DNA of 64,000 bases, from contig OZ176052.1 of the NCBI GenBank assembly GCA_964247055.1, positions 13,702,001 to 13,766,000 on the forward strand. The letters are read 5' to 3'. Shown one piece after another: positions 43,101 through 58,500 of this stretch. The position numbers were made by a program, and so were the translations under genes. The notes under the pieces were generated by a model. The model ran no database searches. It worked only from the letters and a program-made list of their open reading frames with translations, and was not told the DNA's origin. This DNA is from Paragordius varius (lineage: Eukaryota > Animalia > Nematomorpha). Position 1 is the first letter of the stretch; each line of letters opens with the position of its first letter.

Positions 43101-45059
43101 TTTATTTTTAAAATCGTATAAAATAAATTTTTTAAATATTTAAAAAATTCATAAAAATTACATTTATAGCCCGATCCCCAAAGTATTCGGGGTGATGATG
43201 GAACTACCATAGGGCTACCCAAAAAAAATTATGGCGACATCACCTGATCAAATTTGGATTTTAGGTAGCCATTTTTATTTTTAAAATCGTTTAAAATAAA
43301 TTTTTTAAATATTTAAAAAATTCATAAAAATTACATTTATACTCCTATCTCGAAAATATTTGGGGTGATGATGGAACTACCATAGAGCTACCCCAAAAAA
43401 ATTATAGTGACATCACCTGATCAAATTTGGATTTTAGGTAGCCATTTTTATTTTTAAAATCGTATAAAATAAATTTTTTAAATATTTAAAAAATTCATAA
43501 AAATTACATTTATAGTCCGATCCCCAAAATATTTGGGGTGATGATGGAACTACCATAGGGCTACCCAAAAAAAATTATGGCGACATCACCTGATCAAATT
43601 TGGATTTTAGGTAGCCATTTTTATTTTTAAAATCGTATAAAATAAATTTTTTAAATATTTAAAAAATTCATAAAAATTACATTTATAGTCCGATCCCCAA
43701 AATATTTGGGGTGATGATGGAACTACTATCGGGCTACCCAAAAAAAATTATGGCGGCTTCACCTGATCAAATTTGGATTTTAGGTAGCCATTTTTATTTT
43801 TAAAATCGTATAAAATAAATTTTTTAAGTATTTAAAAAATTCATAAAAATTACATTTATACTCCGATCTCGAAAATATTTGGGGTGATGATGGAACTACC
43901 ATAGGGCTACCCAAAAAAAATTATAGTGACATCACCTGATCAAATTTGGATTTTAGGTAGCCATTTTTATTTTTAAAATCGTATAAAATAAATTTTTTAA
44001 ATATTTAAAAAATTCATAAAAATTACATTTATACTCCGATCTCGAAAATATTTGGGGTGATGATGGAACTACCATAGGACTACCCAAAAAAAATTATGGT
44101 GACATCACCTGATCAAATTTGGATTTTAGGTAGCCATTTTTATTTTTAAATACGTATAAAATAAATTTTTTAAATATTTAAAAAATTCATAAAAATTACA
44201 TTTATAGTCCGATCCCCAAAATATTTGGGGTGATGATGGAACTACCATAGGGCTACCCCAAAAAAATTATGGTGACATCACCTGATCAAATTTGGATTTT
44301 AGGTAGCCATTTTTATTTTTAAAATCGTATAAAATAAATTTTTTAAATATTTAAAAAATTCATAAAAATTACATTTATACTCCGATCTCGAAAATATTTG
44401 GGGTGATGATGGAACTACCATAGGGCTACCCAAAAAAAATTATGGTGACATCACCTGATCAAATTTGGATTTTAGGTAGCCATTTTTATTTTTAAAATCG
44501 TATAAAATAAATTTTTTAAATATTTAAAAAATTCATAAAAATTACATTTATAGTCCGATCCCCAAAATATTTGGGGTGATGATGGAACTACTATAGGGCT
44601 ACCCAAAAAAATTATGGCGACATCACCTGATCAAATTTGGATTTTAGGTAGCCATTTTTATTTCTAAAATCGTATAAAATAAATTTTTTAAATATTTAAA
44701 AAATTCATAAAAATTACATTTATACTCCGATCTCGAAAATATTTGGGGTGATGATGCAACTACCATCGGGCTACCCAAAAAAAATTATGGCGACATCACC
44801 TGATCAAATTTGGATTTTAGGTAGCCATTTTTATTTTTAAAATCGTATAAAATAAATTTTTTAAATATTTAAAAAATTCATAAAAATTACATTTATAGTC
44901 CGATCCCCAAAATATTTGGGGTGATGATGGAACTACCATAGGGCTACCCAAAAAAAATTATGGTGACATTACCTGATCAAATTTGGATTTTAGGTAGCCA
45001 TTTTTATTTTTAAAATCGTATAAAATAAATTTTTTAAATATTTAAAAAATTCATAAAAA

Positions 45060-48000
45060 TTACATTTATAGTCCGATCTCGAAAATATTTGGGGTGATGA
45101 TGGAACTACCATTGGGCTACCCAAAAAAATTATGGCGACATCACCTGATCAAATTTGGATTTTAGGTAGCCATCATTATTTTTAAAATCGTATAAAATAA
45201 ATTTTTTAAAAATTTAAAAAATTCAAAAAAATTACATTTAAAGTCCGATCTCAAAAATATTTGGGGTTATGATGGAACTACCATAGGGCTACCCAAAAAA
45301 ATTATGGCGACATCACCTGATCAAATTTGGATTTTAGGTAGCCATTTTTATTTTTAAAATCGTATAAAATAAATTTTTTAAATATTTAAAAAATTCATAA
45401 AAATTACATTTATAGTCCGATCCCCAAAATATTTGGGGTGATGATGGAACTACCATAGGGCTACCCAAAAAAAATTATAGTGACATCACTTGATCAAATT
45501 TGGATTTTAGGTAGCCATTTTTATTTTTAAAATCGTATAAAATAAATTTTTTAAATATTTAAAAAATTCATAAAAATTACATTTATAGTCCGATCCTCCA
45601 AAATATTTAAGGTGATGATGGAACTACTATAGGGCTACCCAAAAAAAATTATGGCGACATCACCTGATCAAATTTGGATTTTAGGTAGCCATTTTTATTT
45701 TTAAAATCGTATAAAATAAATTTTTTAAATATTTAAAAAATTCATAAAAATTACATTTATACTCCGATCTCGAAAATATTTGGGGTGATGATGGAACTAC
45801 CATAGGGCTACCCAAAAAAATCTATGGCGACATCACCTGATCAAATTTGGATTTTAGGTAGCCATTTTTATTTTTAAAATCGTATAAAATAAATTTTTTA
45901 AATATTTAAAAAATTCATAAAAATTACATTTATAGTCCGATCCCCAAAATATTTGGGGTGATGATGGAACTACCATAGGACTACCCAAAAAAAATTATGG
46001 TGACATTACCTGATCAAATTTGGATTTTAGGTAGCCATTTTTATTTTTAAAATCGTATATAATATATTTTTTTAATATTTAAAAAATTCATAAAATCAAA
46101 TTTATACTCCGATCTCGAAAATATTTGGGGTGATGATGGAACTACCATAGGGCTACCCAAAAAAAATTATAGTGACATCACCTGATCAAATTTGGATTTT
46201 AGGTAGCCATTTTTATTTTTAAAATCGTATAAAATAAATTTTTTAAATATTTAAAAAATTCATAAAAATTACATTTATAGTCCGATCCTCCAAAATATTA
46301 AAGGTGATGATGGAACTACTATAGGGCTACCCAAAAAAATTATGGCGACATCACCTGATCAAATTTGGATTTTAGGTAGCCATTTTTATTTTTAAAATCG
46401 TATAAAATAAATTTTTTAAATATTTAAAAAATTCATAAAAATTACATTTATACTCCGATCTCGACAATATTTGGGGTGATGATGGAATTACCATAGGGCT
46501 ACCCAAAAAAAATTATGGTGACATCACCTGATCAAATTTGGATTTTAGGTAGCCATTTTTATTTTTAATATCGTATAAAATAAATTTTTTAAATATTTAA
46601 AAACTTCATAAAAATTACATTTATACTCCGATCTCGAAAATATTTGGGGTGATGATGGAACTACCATAGGGCTACCCAAAAAAAATTATGGTGAAATCAC
46701 CTGATTAAATTTGGATTTTAGGTAGCCATTTTTATTTTTAAAATCGTATAAAATAAATTTTTTAAATATTTAAAAAATTCATAAAAATTACATTTATACT
46801 CCGATCTCGAAAATATTTGGGGTGATGATGGAACTACTATAGGGCTACCCAAAAAAAATTATGGCGACATCACCTGATCAAATTTGGATTTGAGGTAGCC
46901 ATTTTTATTTTTAAAATCGTATAAAATAAATTTTTTAAAAATTTAAAAAATTCAAAAAAATTACATTTAAAGTCCGATCTCAAAAATATTTGGGGTTATG
47001 ATGGAACTACCATAGGGCTACCCAAAAAAATTATGGCGACATCACCTGATCAAATTTGGATTTTAGGTAGCCATTTTTATTTTTAAAATCGTATAAAATA
47101 AATTTTTTAAATATTTAAAAAATTCATAAAAATTACATTTATAGTCCGATCCCCAAAATATTTGGGGTGATGATGGAACTACCATAGGGCTACCCAAAAA
47201 AAATTATAGTGACATCACTTGATCAAATTTGGATTTTAGGTAGCCATTTTTATTTTTAAAATCGTATAAAATAAATTTTTTAAATATTTAAAAAATTCAT
47301 AAAAATAACATTTATAGTCCGATCCTCCAAAATATTTAAGGTGATGATGGAACTACTATAGGGCTACCCAAAAAAAATTATGGCGACATCACCTGATCAA
47401 ATTTGGATTTTAGGTAGCCATTTTTATTTTTAAAATCGTATAAAATAAATTTTTTAAATATTTAAAAAATTCATAAAAATTACATTTATACTCCGATCTC
47501 GAAAATATTTGGGGTGAGGATGGAACTACCATAGGGCTACCCAAAAAAATCTATGGCGACATCACCTGATCAAATTTGGATTTTAGGTAGCCATTTTTAT
47601 TTTTAAAATCGTATAAAATAAATTTTTTAAATATTTAAAAAATTCATAAAAATTACATTTATAGTCCGATCCCCAAAATATTTGGGGTGATGATGGAACT
47701 ACCATAGGACTACCCAAAAAAAATTATGGTGACATTACCTGATCAAATTTGGATTTTAGGTAGCCATTTTTATTTTTAAAATCGTATATAATAAATTTTT
47801 TTAATATTTAAAAAATTCATAAAATCAACATTTATACTCCGATCTCGAAAATATTTGGGGTGATGATGGAACTACCATAGGGCTACCCAAAAAAAAATTA
47901 TAGTGACATCACCTGATCAAATTTGGATTTTAGGTAGCCATTTTTATTTTTAAAATCGTATAAAATAAATTTTTTAAATATTTAAAAAATTCATAAAAAT

Positions 48001-48560
48001 TACATTTATAGTCCGATCCTCCAAAATATTAAAGGTGATGATGGAACTACTATAGGGCTACCCAAAAAAAATTATGGCGACATCACCTGATCAAATTTGG
48101 ATTTTAGGTAGCCATTTTTATTTTTAAAATCGTATAAAATAAATTTTTTAAATATTTAAAAAATTCAGAAAAATTACATTTATACTCCGATCTCGACAAT
48201 ATTTGGGGTGATGATGGAATTACCATAGGGCTACCCAAAAAAAATTATGGTGACATCACCTGATCAAATTTGGATTTTAGGTAGCCATTTTTATTTTTAA
48301 TATCGTATAAAATAAATTTTTTAAATATTTAAAAACTTCATAAAAATTACATTTATACTCCGATCTCGAAAATATTTGGGGTGATGATGGAACTACCATA
48401 GGGCTACCCAAAAAAAATTATGGTGAAATCACCTGATTAAATTTGAATTTTAGGTAGCCATTTTTATTTTTAAAATCGTATAAAATAAATTTTTTAAATA
48501 TTTAAAAAATTCATAAAAATTACATTTATACTCCGATCTCGAAAATATTTGGGGTGATGA
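45060..48560. repeat. 10-mer tandem duplication (~1730 bp)
   Basis: CCTCCAAAATATTTAAGG (45595/47324, +1729) and CCTCCAAAATATTAAAGG (46287/48018, +1731). ATCACTTGATC, TCTATGGC, ATAGGACTAC, CGTATATAAT and AAAACTTC are also shared. Confidence 0.9.
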
Positions 48561-51500
48561 TGGAACTACTATAGGGCTACCCAAAAAAAATTTTGGCGAC
48601 ATCACCTGATCAAATTTGGATTTTAGGTAGCTATTTTTATTTTTAAAATCGTATAAAATAAATTTTTTAAATATTTAAAAAATTCATAAAAATTACATTT
48701 AAAGTCCGATCTCAAAAATATTTGGGGTTATGATGGAACTACCATAGGGCTACCCAAAAAAAATTATGGCGACATCACCTGATCAAATTTGGATTTTAGG
48801 TAGCCATTTTTATTTTTAAAATCGTATAAAATAAATTTTTTAAATATTTAAAAATTCCTAAAAATTACATTTATAGTCCGATCCCCAAAATATTTGGGGT
48901 GATGATGGAACTACCATAGGGCTACCCAAAAAAATTATAGTGACATCACCTGATCAAATTTGGATTTTAGGTAGCCATTTTTATTTTTAAAATCGTATAA
49001 AATAAATTTTTTAAATATTTAAAAAATTCATAAAAATTACATTTATACTCCGATCTTGACAATATTTGGGGTGATGATGGAACTACCATAGGGCTACCCA
49101 AAAAAAATTATAGTGACATCACCTGATCAAATTTGGATTTTAGGTAGCCATTTTTATTTTTAAAATCGTATAAAATAAATTTTTTAAATATTTAAAAAAT
49201 TCATAAAAATTACATTTATACTCCGATCTCGAAAATATTTGGGGTGATGATGGAACTACCATAGGACTACCCAAAAAAAATTATGGTGACATCACCTGAT
49301 CAAATTTGGATTTTAGGTAGCCATTTTTATTTTTAAATACGTATAAAATAAATTTTTTAAATATTTAAAAAATTCAGAAAAATTACATTTATACTCCGAT
49401 CTCGACAATATTTGGGGTGATGATGGAATTACCATAGGGCTACCCAAAAAAATTATGGTGACATCACCTGATCAAATTTGGATTTTAGGTAGCCATTTTT
49501 ATTTTTAATATCGTATAAAATAAATTTTTTAAATATTTAAAAACTTCATAAAAATTACATTTATACTCCGATCTCGAAAATATTTGGGGTGATGATGGAA
49601 CTACCATAGGGCTACCCAAAAAAAATTATGGTGAAATCACCTGATTAAATTTGGATTTTAGGTAGCCATTTTTATTTTTAAAATCGTATAAAATAAATTT
49701 TTTAAATATTTAAAAAATTCATAAAAATTACATTTATACTCCGATCTCGAAAATATTTGGGGTGATGATGGAACTACTATAGGGCTACCCAAAAAAAATT
49801 TTGGCGACATCACCTGATCAAATTTGGATTTTAGGTAGCTATTTTTATTTTTAAAATCGTATAAAATAAATTTTTTAAATATTTAAAAAATTCATAAAAA
49901 TTACATTTATACTCCGATCTCAAAAATATTTGGGGTTATGATGGAACTACCATAGGGCTACCCAAAAAAAATTATGGCGACATCACCTGATCAAATTTGG
50001 ATTTTAGGTAGCCATTTTTATTTTTAAAATCGTATAAAATAAATTTTTTAAATATTTAAAAAATTCCTAAAAATTACATTTATAGTCCGATCCCCAAAAT
50101 ATTTGGGGTGATGATGGAACTACCATAGGGCTACCCAAAAAAATTATAGTGACATCACCTGATCAAATTTGGATTTTAGGTAGCCATTTTTATTTTTAAA
50201 ATCGTATAAAATAAATTTTTTAAATATTTAAAAAATTCATAAAAATTACATTTATACTCCGATCTTGACAATATTTGGGGTGATGATGGAACTACCATAG
50301 GGCTACCCAAAAAAAATTATGGTGAAATCACCTGATTAAATTTGGATTTTAGGTAGCCATTTTTATTTTTAAAATCGTATAAAATAAATTTTTTAAATAT
50401 TTAAAAAATTCATAAAAATTACATTTATACTCCGATCTCGAAAATATTTGGGGTGATGATGGAACTACTATAGGGCTACCCAAAAAAAATTTTGGCGACA
50501 TCACCTGATCAAATTTGGATTTTAGGTAGCTATTTTTATTTTTAAAATCGTATAAAATAAATTTTTTAAATATTTAAAAAATTCATAAAAATTACATTTA
50601 TACTCCGATCTCAAAAATATTTGGGGTTATGATGGAACTACCATAGGGCTACCCAAAAAAAATTATGGCGACATCACCTGATCAAATTTGGATTTTAGGT
50701 AGCCATTTTTATTTTTAAAATCGTATAAAATAAATTTTTTAAATATTTAAAAAATTCCTAAAAATTACATTTATAGTCCGATCCCCAAAATATTTGGGGT
50801 GATGATGGAACTACCATAGGGCTACCCAAAAAAATTATAGTGACATCACCTGATCAAATTTGGATTTTAGGTAGCCATTTTTATTTTTAAAATCGTATAA
50901 AATAAATTTTTTAAATATTTAAAAAATTCATAAAAATTACATTTATACTCCGATCTTGACAATATTTGGGGTGATGATGGAACTACCATAGGGCTACCCA
51001 AAAAAAATTATGGCGACATCACCTGATCAAATTTGGATTTTAGGTAGCCATTTTTATTTTTAAAATCGTATAAAATAAATTTTTTAAATATTTAAAAAAT
51101 TCCTAAAAATTACATTTATAGTCCGATCCTCCAAAATATTTAAGGTGATGATGGAACTACTATAGGGCTACCCAAAAAAAATTATGGCGACATCACCTGA
51201 TCAAATTTGGATTTTAGGTAGCCATTTTTATTTTTAAAATCGTATAAAATAAATTTTTTAAATATTTAAAAAATTCATAAAAATTACATTTATACTCCGA
51301 TCTCGACAATATTTGGGGTGATGATGGAATTACCATAGGGCTACCCAAAAAAAATTATGGTGACATCACCTGATCAAATTTGGATTTTAGGTAGCCATTT
51401 TTATTTTTAATATCGTATAAAATAAATTTTTTAAATATTTAAAAACTTCATAAAAATTACATTTATACTCCGATCTCGAAAATATTTGGGGTGATGATGG

Positions 51501-54500
51501 AACTACCATAGGGCTACCCAAAAAAAATTATGGTGAAATCACCTGATCAAATTTGGATTTTAGGTAGCCATTTTTATTTTTAAAATCGTATAAAATAAAT
51601 TTTTTAAATATTTAAAAAATTCATAAAAATTACATTTATACTCCGATCTCGAAAATATTTGGGGTGATGATGGAACTACTATAGGGCTACCCAAAAAAAA
51701 TTTTGGCGACATCACCTGATCAAATTTGGATTTTAGGTAGCTATTTTTATTTTTAAAATCGTATAAAATAAATTTTTTAAATATTTAAAAAATTCATAAA
51801 AATTACATTTAAAGTCCGATCTCAAAAATATTTGGGGTTATGATGGAACCACCATAGGGCTACCCAAAAAAAATTATGGCGACATCACCTGATCAAATTT
51901 GGATTTTAGGTAGCCATTTTTATTTTTAAAATCGTATAAAATAAATTTTTTAAATATTTAAAAAATTCCTAAAAATTACATTTATAGTCCGATCCCCAAA
52001 ATATTTGGGGTGATGATGGAACTACCATAGGGCTACCCAAAAAAATTATAGTGACATCACCTGATCAAATTTGGATTTTAGGTAGCCATTTTTATTTTTA
52101 AAATCGTATAAAATAAATTTTTTAAATATTTAAAAAATTCATAAAAATTACATTTATACTCCGATCTTGACAATATTTGGGGTGATGATGGAACTACCAT
52201 AGGGCTACCCAAAAAAAATTATGGCGACATCACCTGATCAAATTTGGATTTTAGGTAGCCATTTTTATTTTTAAAATCGTATAAAATAAATTTTTTAAAT
52301 ATTTAAAAAATTCCTAAAAATTACATTTATAGTCCGATCCTCCAAAATATTTAAGGTGATGATGGAACTACTATAGGGCTACCCAAAAAAAATTATGGCG
52401 ACATCACCTGATCAAATTTGGATTTTAGGTAGCCATTTTTATTTTTAAAATCGTATAAAATAAATTTTTTAAATATTTAAAAAATTCATAAAAATTACAT
52501 TAATACTCCGATCTCGACAATATTTGGGGTGATGATGGAATTACCATAGGGCTACCCAAAAAAAATTATGGTGACATCACCTGATCAAATTTGGATTTTA
52601 GGTAGCCATTTTTATTTTTAATATCGTATAAAATAAATTTTTTAAATATTTAAAAAATTCATAAAAATTACATTTATACTCCGATCTCGAAAATATTTGG
52701 AGTGATGATGGAACTACTATAGGGCTACCCAAATAAATTATGGTGACATCACCTGATCAAATTTGGATTTTAGGTAGCCATTTTTATTTTTAAAATCGTA
52801 TAAAATAAATTTTTTAAATATTTAAAAAATTCAAAAAAATTACATTTAAAGTCCGATCTCAAAAATATTTGGGGTTATGATGGAACTACCATAGGGCTAC
52901 CCAAAAAAAATTATGGCGACATCACCTGATCAAATTTGGATTTTAGGTAGCCATTTTTATTTTTAAAATCGTATAAAATAAATTTTTTAAATATTTAAAA
53001 AATTCCTAAAAATTACATTTATAGTCCGATCCCCAAAATATTTGGGGTGATGATGGAACTACCATAGGGCTACCCAAAAAAATTATAGTGACATCACCTG
53101 ATCAAATTTGGATTTTAGGTAGCCATTTTTATTTTTAAAATCGTATAAAATAAATTTTTTAAATATTTAAAAAATTCATAAAAATTACATTTATACTCCG
53201 ATCTTGACAATATTTGGGGTGATGATGGAACTACCATAGGGCTACCCAAAAAAAATTATGGCGACATCACCTGATCAAATTTGGATTTTAGGTAGCCATT
53301 TTTATTTTTAAAATCGTATAAAATAAATTTTTTAAATATTTAAAAAATTCCTAAAAATTACATTTATAGTCCGATCCCCAAAATATTTGGGGTGATGATG
53401 GAACTACCATAGGGCTACCCAAAAAAATTATAGTGACATCACCTGATCAAATTTGGATTTTAGGTAGCCATTTTTATTTTTAAAATCGTATAAAATAAAT
53501 TTTTTAAATATTTAAAAAATTCATAAAAATTACATTTATACTCCGATCTTGACAATATTTGGGGTGATGATGGAACTACCATAGGGCTACCCAAAAAAAA
53601 TTATGGCGACATCACCTGATCAAATTTGGATTTTAGGTAGCCATTTTTATTTTTAAAATCGTATAAAATAAATTTTTTAAATATTTAAAAAATTCCTAAA
53701 AATTACATTTATAGTCCGATCCTCCAAAATATTTAAGGTGATGATGGAACTACTATAGGGCTACCCAAAAAAAATTATGGCGACATCACCTGATCAAATT
53801 TGGATTTTAGGTAGCCATTTTTATTTTTAATATCGTATAAAATAAATTTTTTAAATATTTAAAAACTTCATAAAAATTACATTTATACTCCGATCTCGAA
53901 AATATTTGGGGTGATGATGGAACTACCATAGGGCTACCCAAAAAAAATTATGGTGAAATCACCTGATCAAATTTGGATTTTAGGTAGCCATTTTTATTTT
54001 TAAAATCGTATAAAATAAATTTTTTAAATATTTAAAAAATTCATAAAAATTACATTTATACTCCGATCTCGAAAATATTTGGGGTGATGATGGAACTACT
54101 ATAGGGCTACCCAAAAAAAATTTTGGCGACATCACCTGATCAAATTTGGATTTTAGGTAGCTATTTTTATTTTTAAAATCGTATAAAATAAATTTTTTAA
54201 ATATTTAAAAAATTCATAAAAATTACATTTAAAGTCCGATCTCAAAAATATTTGGGGTTATGATGGAACCACCATAGGGCTACCCAAAAAAAATTATGGC
54301 GACATCACCTGATCAAATTTGGATTTTAGGTAGCCATTTTTATTTTTAAAATCGTATAAAATAAATTTTTTAAATATTTAAAAAATTCCTAAAAATTACA
54401 TTTATAGTCCGATCCCCAAAATATTTGGGGTGATGATGGAACTACCATAGGGCTACCCAAAAAAATTATAGTGACATCACCTGATCAAATTTGGATTTTA

Positions 54501-55500
54501 GGTAGCCATTTTTATTTTTAAAATCGTATAAAATAAATTTTTTAAATATTTAAAAAATTCATAAAAATTACATTTATACTCCGATCTTGACAATATTTGG
54601 GGTGATGATGGAACTACCATAGGGCTACCCAAAAAAAATTATGGCGACATCACCTGATCAAATTTGGATTTTAGGTAGCCATTTTTATTTTTAAAATCGT
54701 ATAAAATAAATTTTTTAAATATTTAAAAAATTCCTAAAAATTACATTTATAGTCCGATCCTCCAAAATATTTAAGGTGATGATGGAACTACTATAGGGCT
54801 ACCCAAAAAAAATTATGGCGACATCACCTGATCAAATTTGGATTTTAGGTAGCCATTTTTATTTTTAAAATCGTATAAAATAAATTTTTTAAATATTTAA
54901 AAAATTCATAAAAATTACATTTATACTCCGATCTCGACAATATTTGGGGTGATGATGGAATTACCATAGGGCTACCCAAAAAAAATTATGGTGACATCAC
55001 CTGATCAAATTTGGATTTTAGGTAGCCATTTTTATTTTTAATATCGTATAAAATAAATTTTTTAAATATTTAAAAAATTCATAAAAATTACATTTATACT
55101 CCGATCTCGAAAATATTTGGAGTGATGATGGAACTACTATAGGGCTACCCAAATAAATTATGGTGACATCACCTGATCAAATTTGGATTTTAGGTAGCCA
55201 TTTTTATTTTTAAAATCGTATAAAATAAATTTTTTAAATATTTAAAAAATTCAAAAAAATTACATTTAAAGTCCGATCTCAAAAATATTTGGGGTTATGA
55301 TGGAACTACCATAGGGCTACCCAAAAAAAATTATGGCGACATCACCTGATCAAATTTGGATTTTAGGTAGCCATTTTTATTTTTAAAATCGTATAAAATA
55401 AATTTTTTAAATATTTAAAAAATTCCTAAAAATTACATTTATAGTCCGATCCCCAAAATATTTGGGGTGATGATGGAACTACCATAGGGCTACCCAAAAA
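48300..55500. repeat. Nested 7-, 4- and 14-mer duplications
   Basis: The TTTTGGCGAC/GTAGCT monomer occurs at 48591, 49799, 50490, 51701 and 54121 (spacings 1208, 691, 1211, 2420). TGATGGAACCACC (51841/54261) and TGGAGTGATG (52701/55121) recur at +2420. Confidence 0.88.
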
Positions 55501-58500
55501 AAATTATGGTGACATCACCTGATCAAATTTGGATTTTAAGTAGCCATTTTTATTTTTAATATCGTATAAAATAAATTTTTAAATATTTAAAAAATTCATA
55601 AAAATTACATTTATACTCCGATCTCGAAAATATTTGGGGTGATGATGGAACTACCATAGGGCTACCCAAAAAAAATTATGGTGACATTACCTGATCAAAT
55701 TTGGATTTTAGGTAGCCATTTTTATTTTTAAAATCGTATAAAATAAATTTTTTAAATATTTAAAAAATTTATAAAAATTACATTTATACTCCGATCTCGA
55801 AAATATTTGGGGTGATGATGGAACTACCATAGGGCTACCCAAAAAAAATTATAGTGACATCACCTGATCAAATTTGGATTTTAGGTAGCCATTTTTATTT
55901 TTAAAATCGTATAAAATAAATTTTTTAAATATTTAAAAAATTCATATAAATACATTTATACTCCGATCTCGACAATATTTGGGGTGATGATGGAACTACC
56001 ATAGGGCTACCCAAAAAAAATTATGGCGACATCACCTGATCAAATTTGGATTTTAGGTAGCCATTTTTATTTTTAAAATCGTATAAAATAAATTTTTTAA
56101 ATATTTAAAAAATTCATAAAAATTACATTTATAGTCCGATCCCCAAAATATTTGGGGTGATGATGGAACTACCATAGGGCTACCCAAAAAAAATTATGGT
56201 GACATTACCTGATCAAATTTGGATTTTAGGTAGCCATTTTTATTATTAAAATCGTATAAAATAAATTTTTTAAATATTTAAAAAATTCATTAAAATTACA
56301 TTTATACTCCGATCTCGAAAATATTTGGGGTGATGATGGAACTACCATAGGGCTACCCAAAAAAAATTATAGTGACATCACCTGATCAAATTTGGATTTT
56401 AGGTAGCCATTTTTATTTTTAAAATCGTATAAAATAAATTTTTTAAATATTTAAAAAATTCATAAAAATTACATTTATACTCCGATCTCGACAATATTTG
56501 GGGTGATGATGGAATTACCATAGGGCTACCCAAAAAAAATTATGGTGACATCACCTGATCAAATTTGGATTTTAGGTAGCCATTTTTATTTTTAAAATCG
56601 TATAAAATAAATTTTTTAAATATTTAAAAAATTCATAAAAATTACATTTATACTCCGATCCCCAAAATATTTGGGGTGATGATGGAACTACCATAGGGCT
56701 ACCCAAAAAAAATTATGGTGACATCACCTGATCAAATTTGGATTTTAGGTAGCCATTTTTATTTTTAAAATCGTATAAAATAAATTTTTTAAATATTTAA
56801 AAAATTCATAAAAATTACATTTATAGTCCGATCTCGAAAATATTTGGGGTGATGATGGAACTACCATAGGGCTACCCAAAAAAAATTATGGTGACATCAC
56901 CTGATCAAATTTGGATTTTAGGTAGCCATTTTTATTTTTAAAATCGTATAAAATAAATTTTTTAAATATTTAAAAAATTCATAAAAATTACATTTATAGT
57001 CCGATCCCCAAAATATTTGGGGTGATGATGGAACTACCATAGGGCTACGCAAAAAATATTATAGTGACATCACCTGATCAAATTTGGATTTTAGGTAGCC
57101 ATTTTTATTTTTAAAATCGTATAAAATAAATTTTTTAAATATTTAAAAAATTCATAAAAATTACATTTATAGTCCGATCCCCAAAATATTTGGGGTGATG
57201 ATGGAACTACCATAGGGCTACCCAAAAAAAATTATAGTGACATCACCTGATCAAATTTGGATTTTAGGTAGCCATTTTTATATTTAAAATCGTATAAAAT
57301 AAATTTTTTAAATATTTAAAAAATTCAAAAAAATTACATTTAAAGTCCGATCTCAAAAATATTTGGGGTTATGATGGAACTACCATAGGGCTACCCAAAA
57401 AAAATTATGGCGACATCACCTGATCAAATTTGGATTTTAGGTAGCCATTTATATTTTTAAAATCGTATAAAATAAATTTTTTGAATATTTAAAAAATTCA
57501 TAAAAATTACATTTAAAGTCCGATCCCAAAAATATTTGGGGTTCTGATGGAACTACCATAGGGCTACCCAAAAAAAATTATGGTGACATCACCTGATCAA
57601 ATTTGGATTTTAGGTAGCCATTTTTATTTTTAAAATCGTATAAAATAAATTTTTTAAATATTTAAAAAATTCATAAAAATTACATTTATACTCCGATCTC
57701 GAAAATATTTGGGGTGATGATGGAACTACCATAGGGCTACCCAAAAAAATTATAGTGACATCACCTGATCAAATTTGGATTTTAGGTAGCCATTTTTATT
57801 TTTAAAATCGTATAAAATAAATTTTTTAAATATTTAAAAAATTCATAAAAATTACATTTATACTCCGATCTCGAAAATATTTGGGGTGATGATGGAACTA
57901 CCATAGGGCTACCCAAAAAAAATTATAGTGACATCACCTGATCAAATTTGGATTTTAGGTAGCCATTTTTATTTTTAAAATCGTATAAAATAAATTTTTT
58001 AAATATTTAAAAAATTCATAAAAAATACATTTATACTCCGATCTCGAAAATATTTGGGGTTCTGATGGAACTACCATAGGGCTACCCAAAAAAAATTATG
58101 GTGACATCACCTGATCAAATTTGGATTTTAGGTAGCCATTTTTATTTTTAAAATCGTATAAAATAAATTTTTTAAATATTTAAATAATTCATAAAAATTA
58201 CATTTATACTCCGATCTCGAAAATATTTGGGGTGATGATGGAACTACCATAGGGCTACCCAAAAAAATTATAGTGACATCACCTGATCAAATTTGGATTT
58301 TAGGTAGCCATTTTTATTTTTAAAATCGTATAAAATAAATTTTTTAAATATTTAAAAAATTCATAAAAATTACATTTATACTCCGATCTCGAAAATATTT
58401 GGGGTGATGATGGAACTACCATAGGGCTACCCAAAAAAAATTATAGTGACATCACCTGATCAAATTTGGATTTTAGGTAGCCATTTTTATTTTTAAAATC

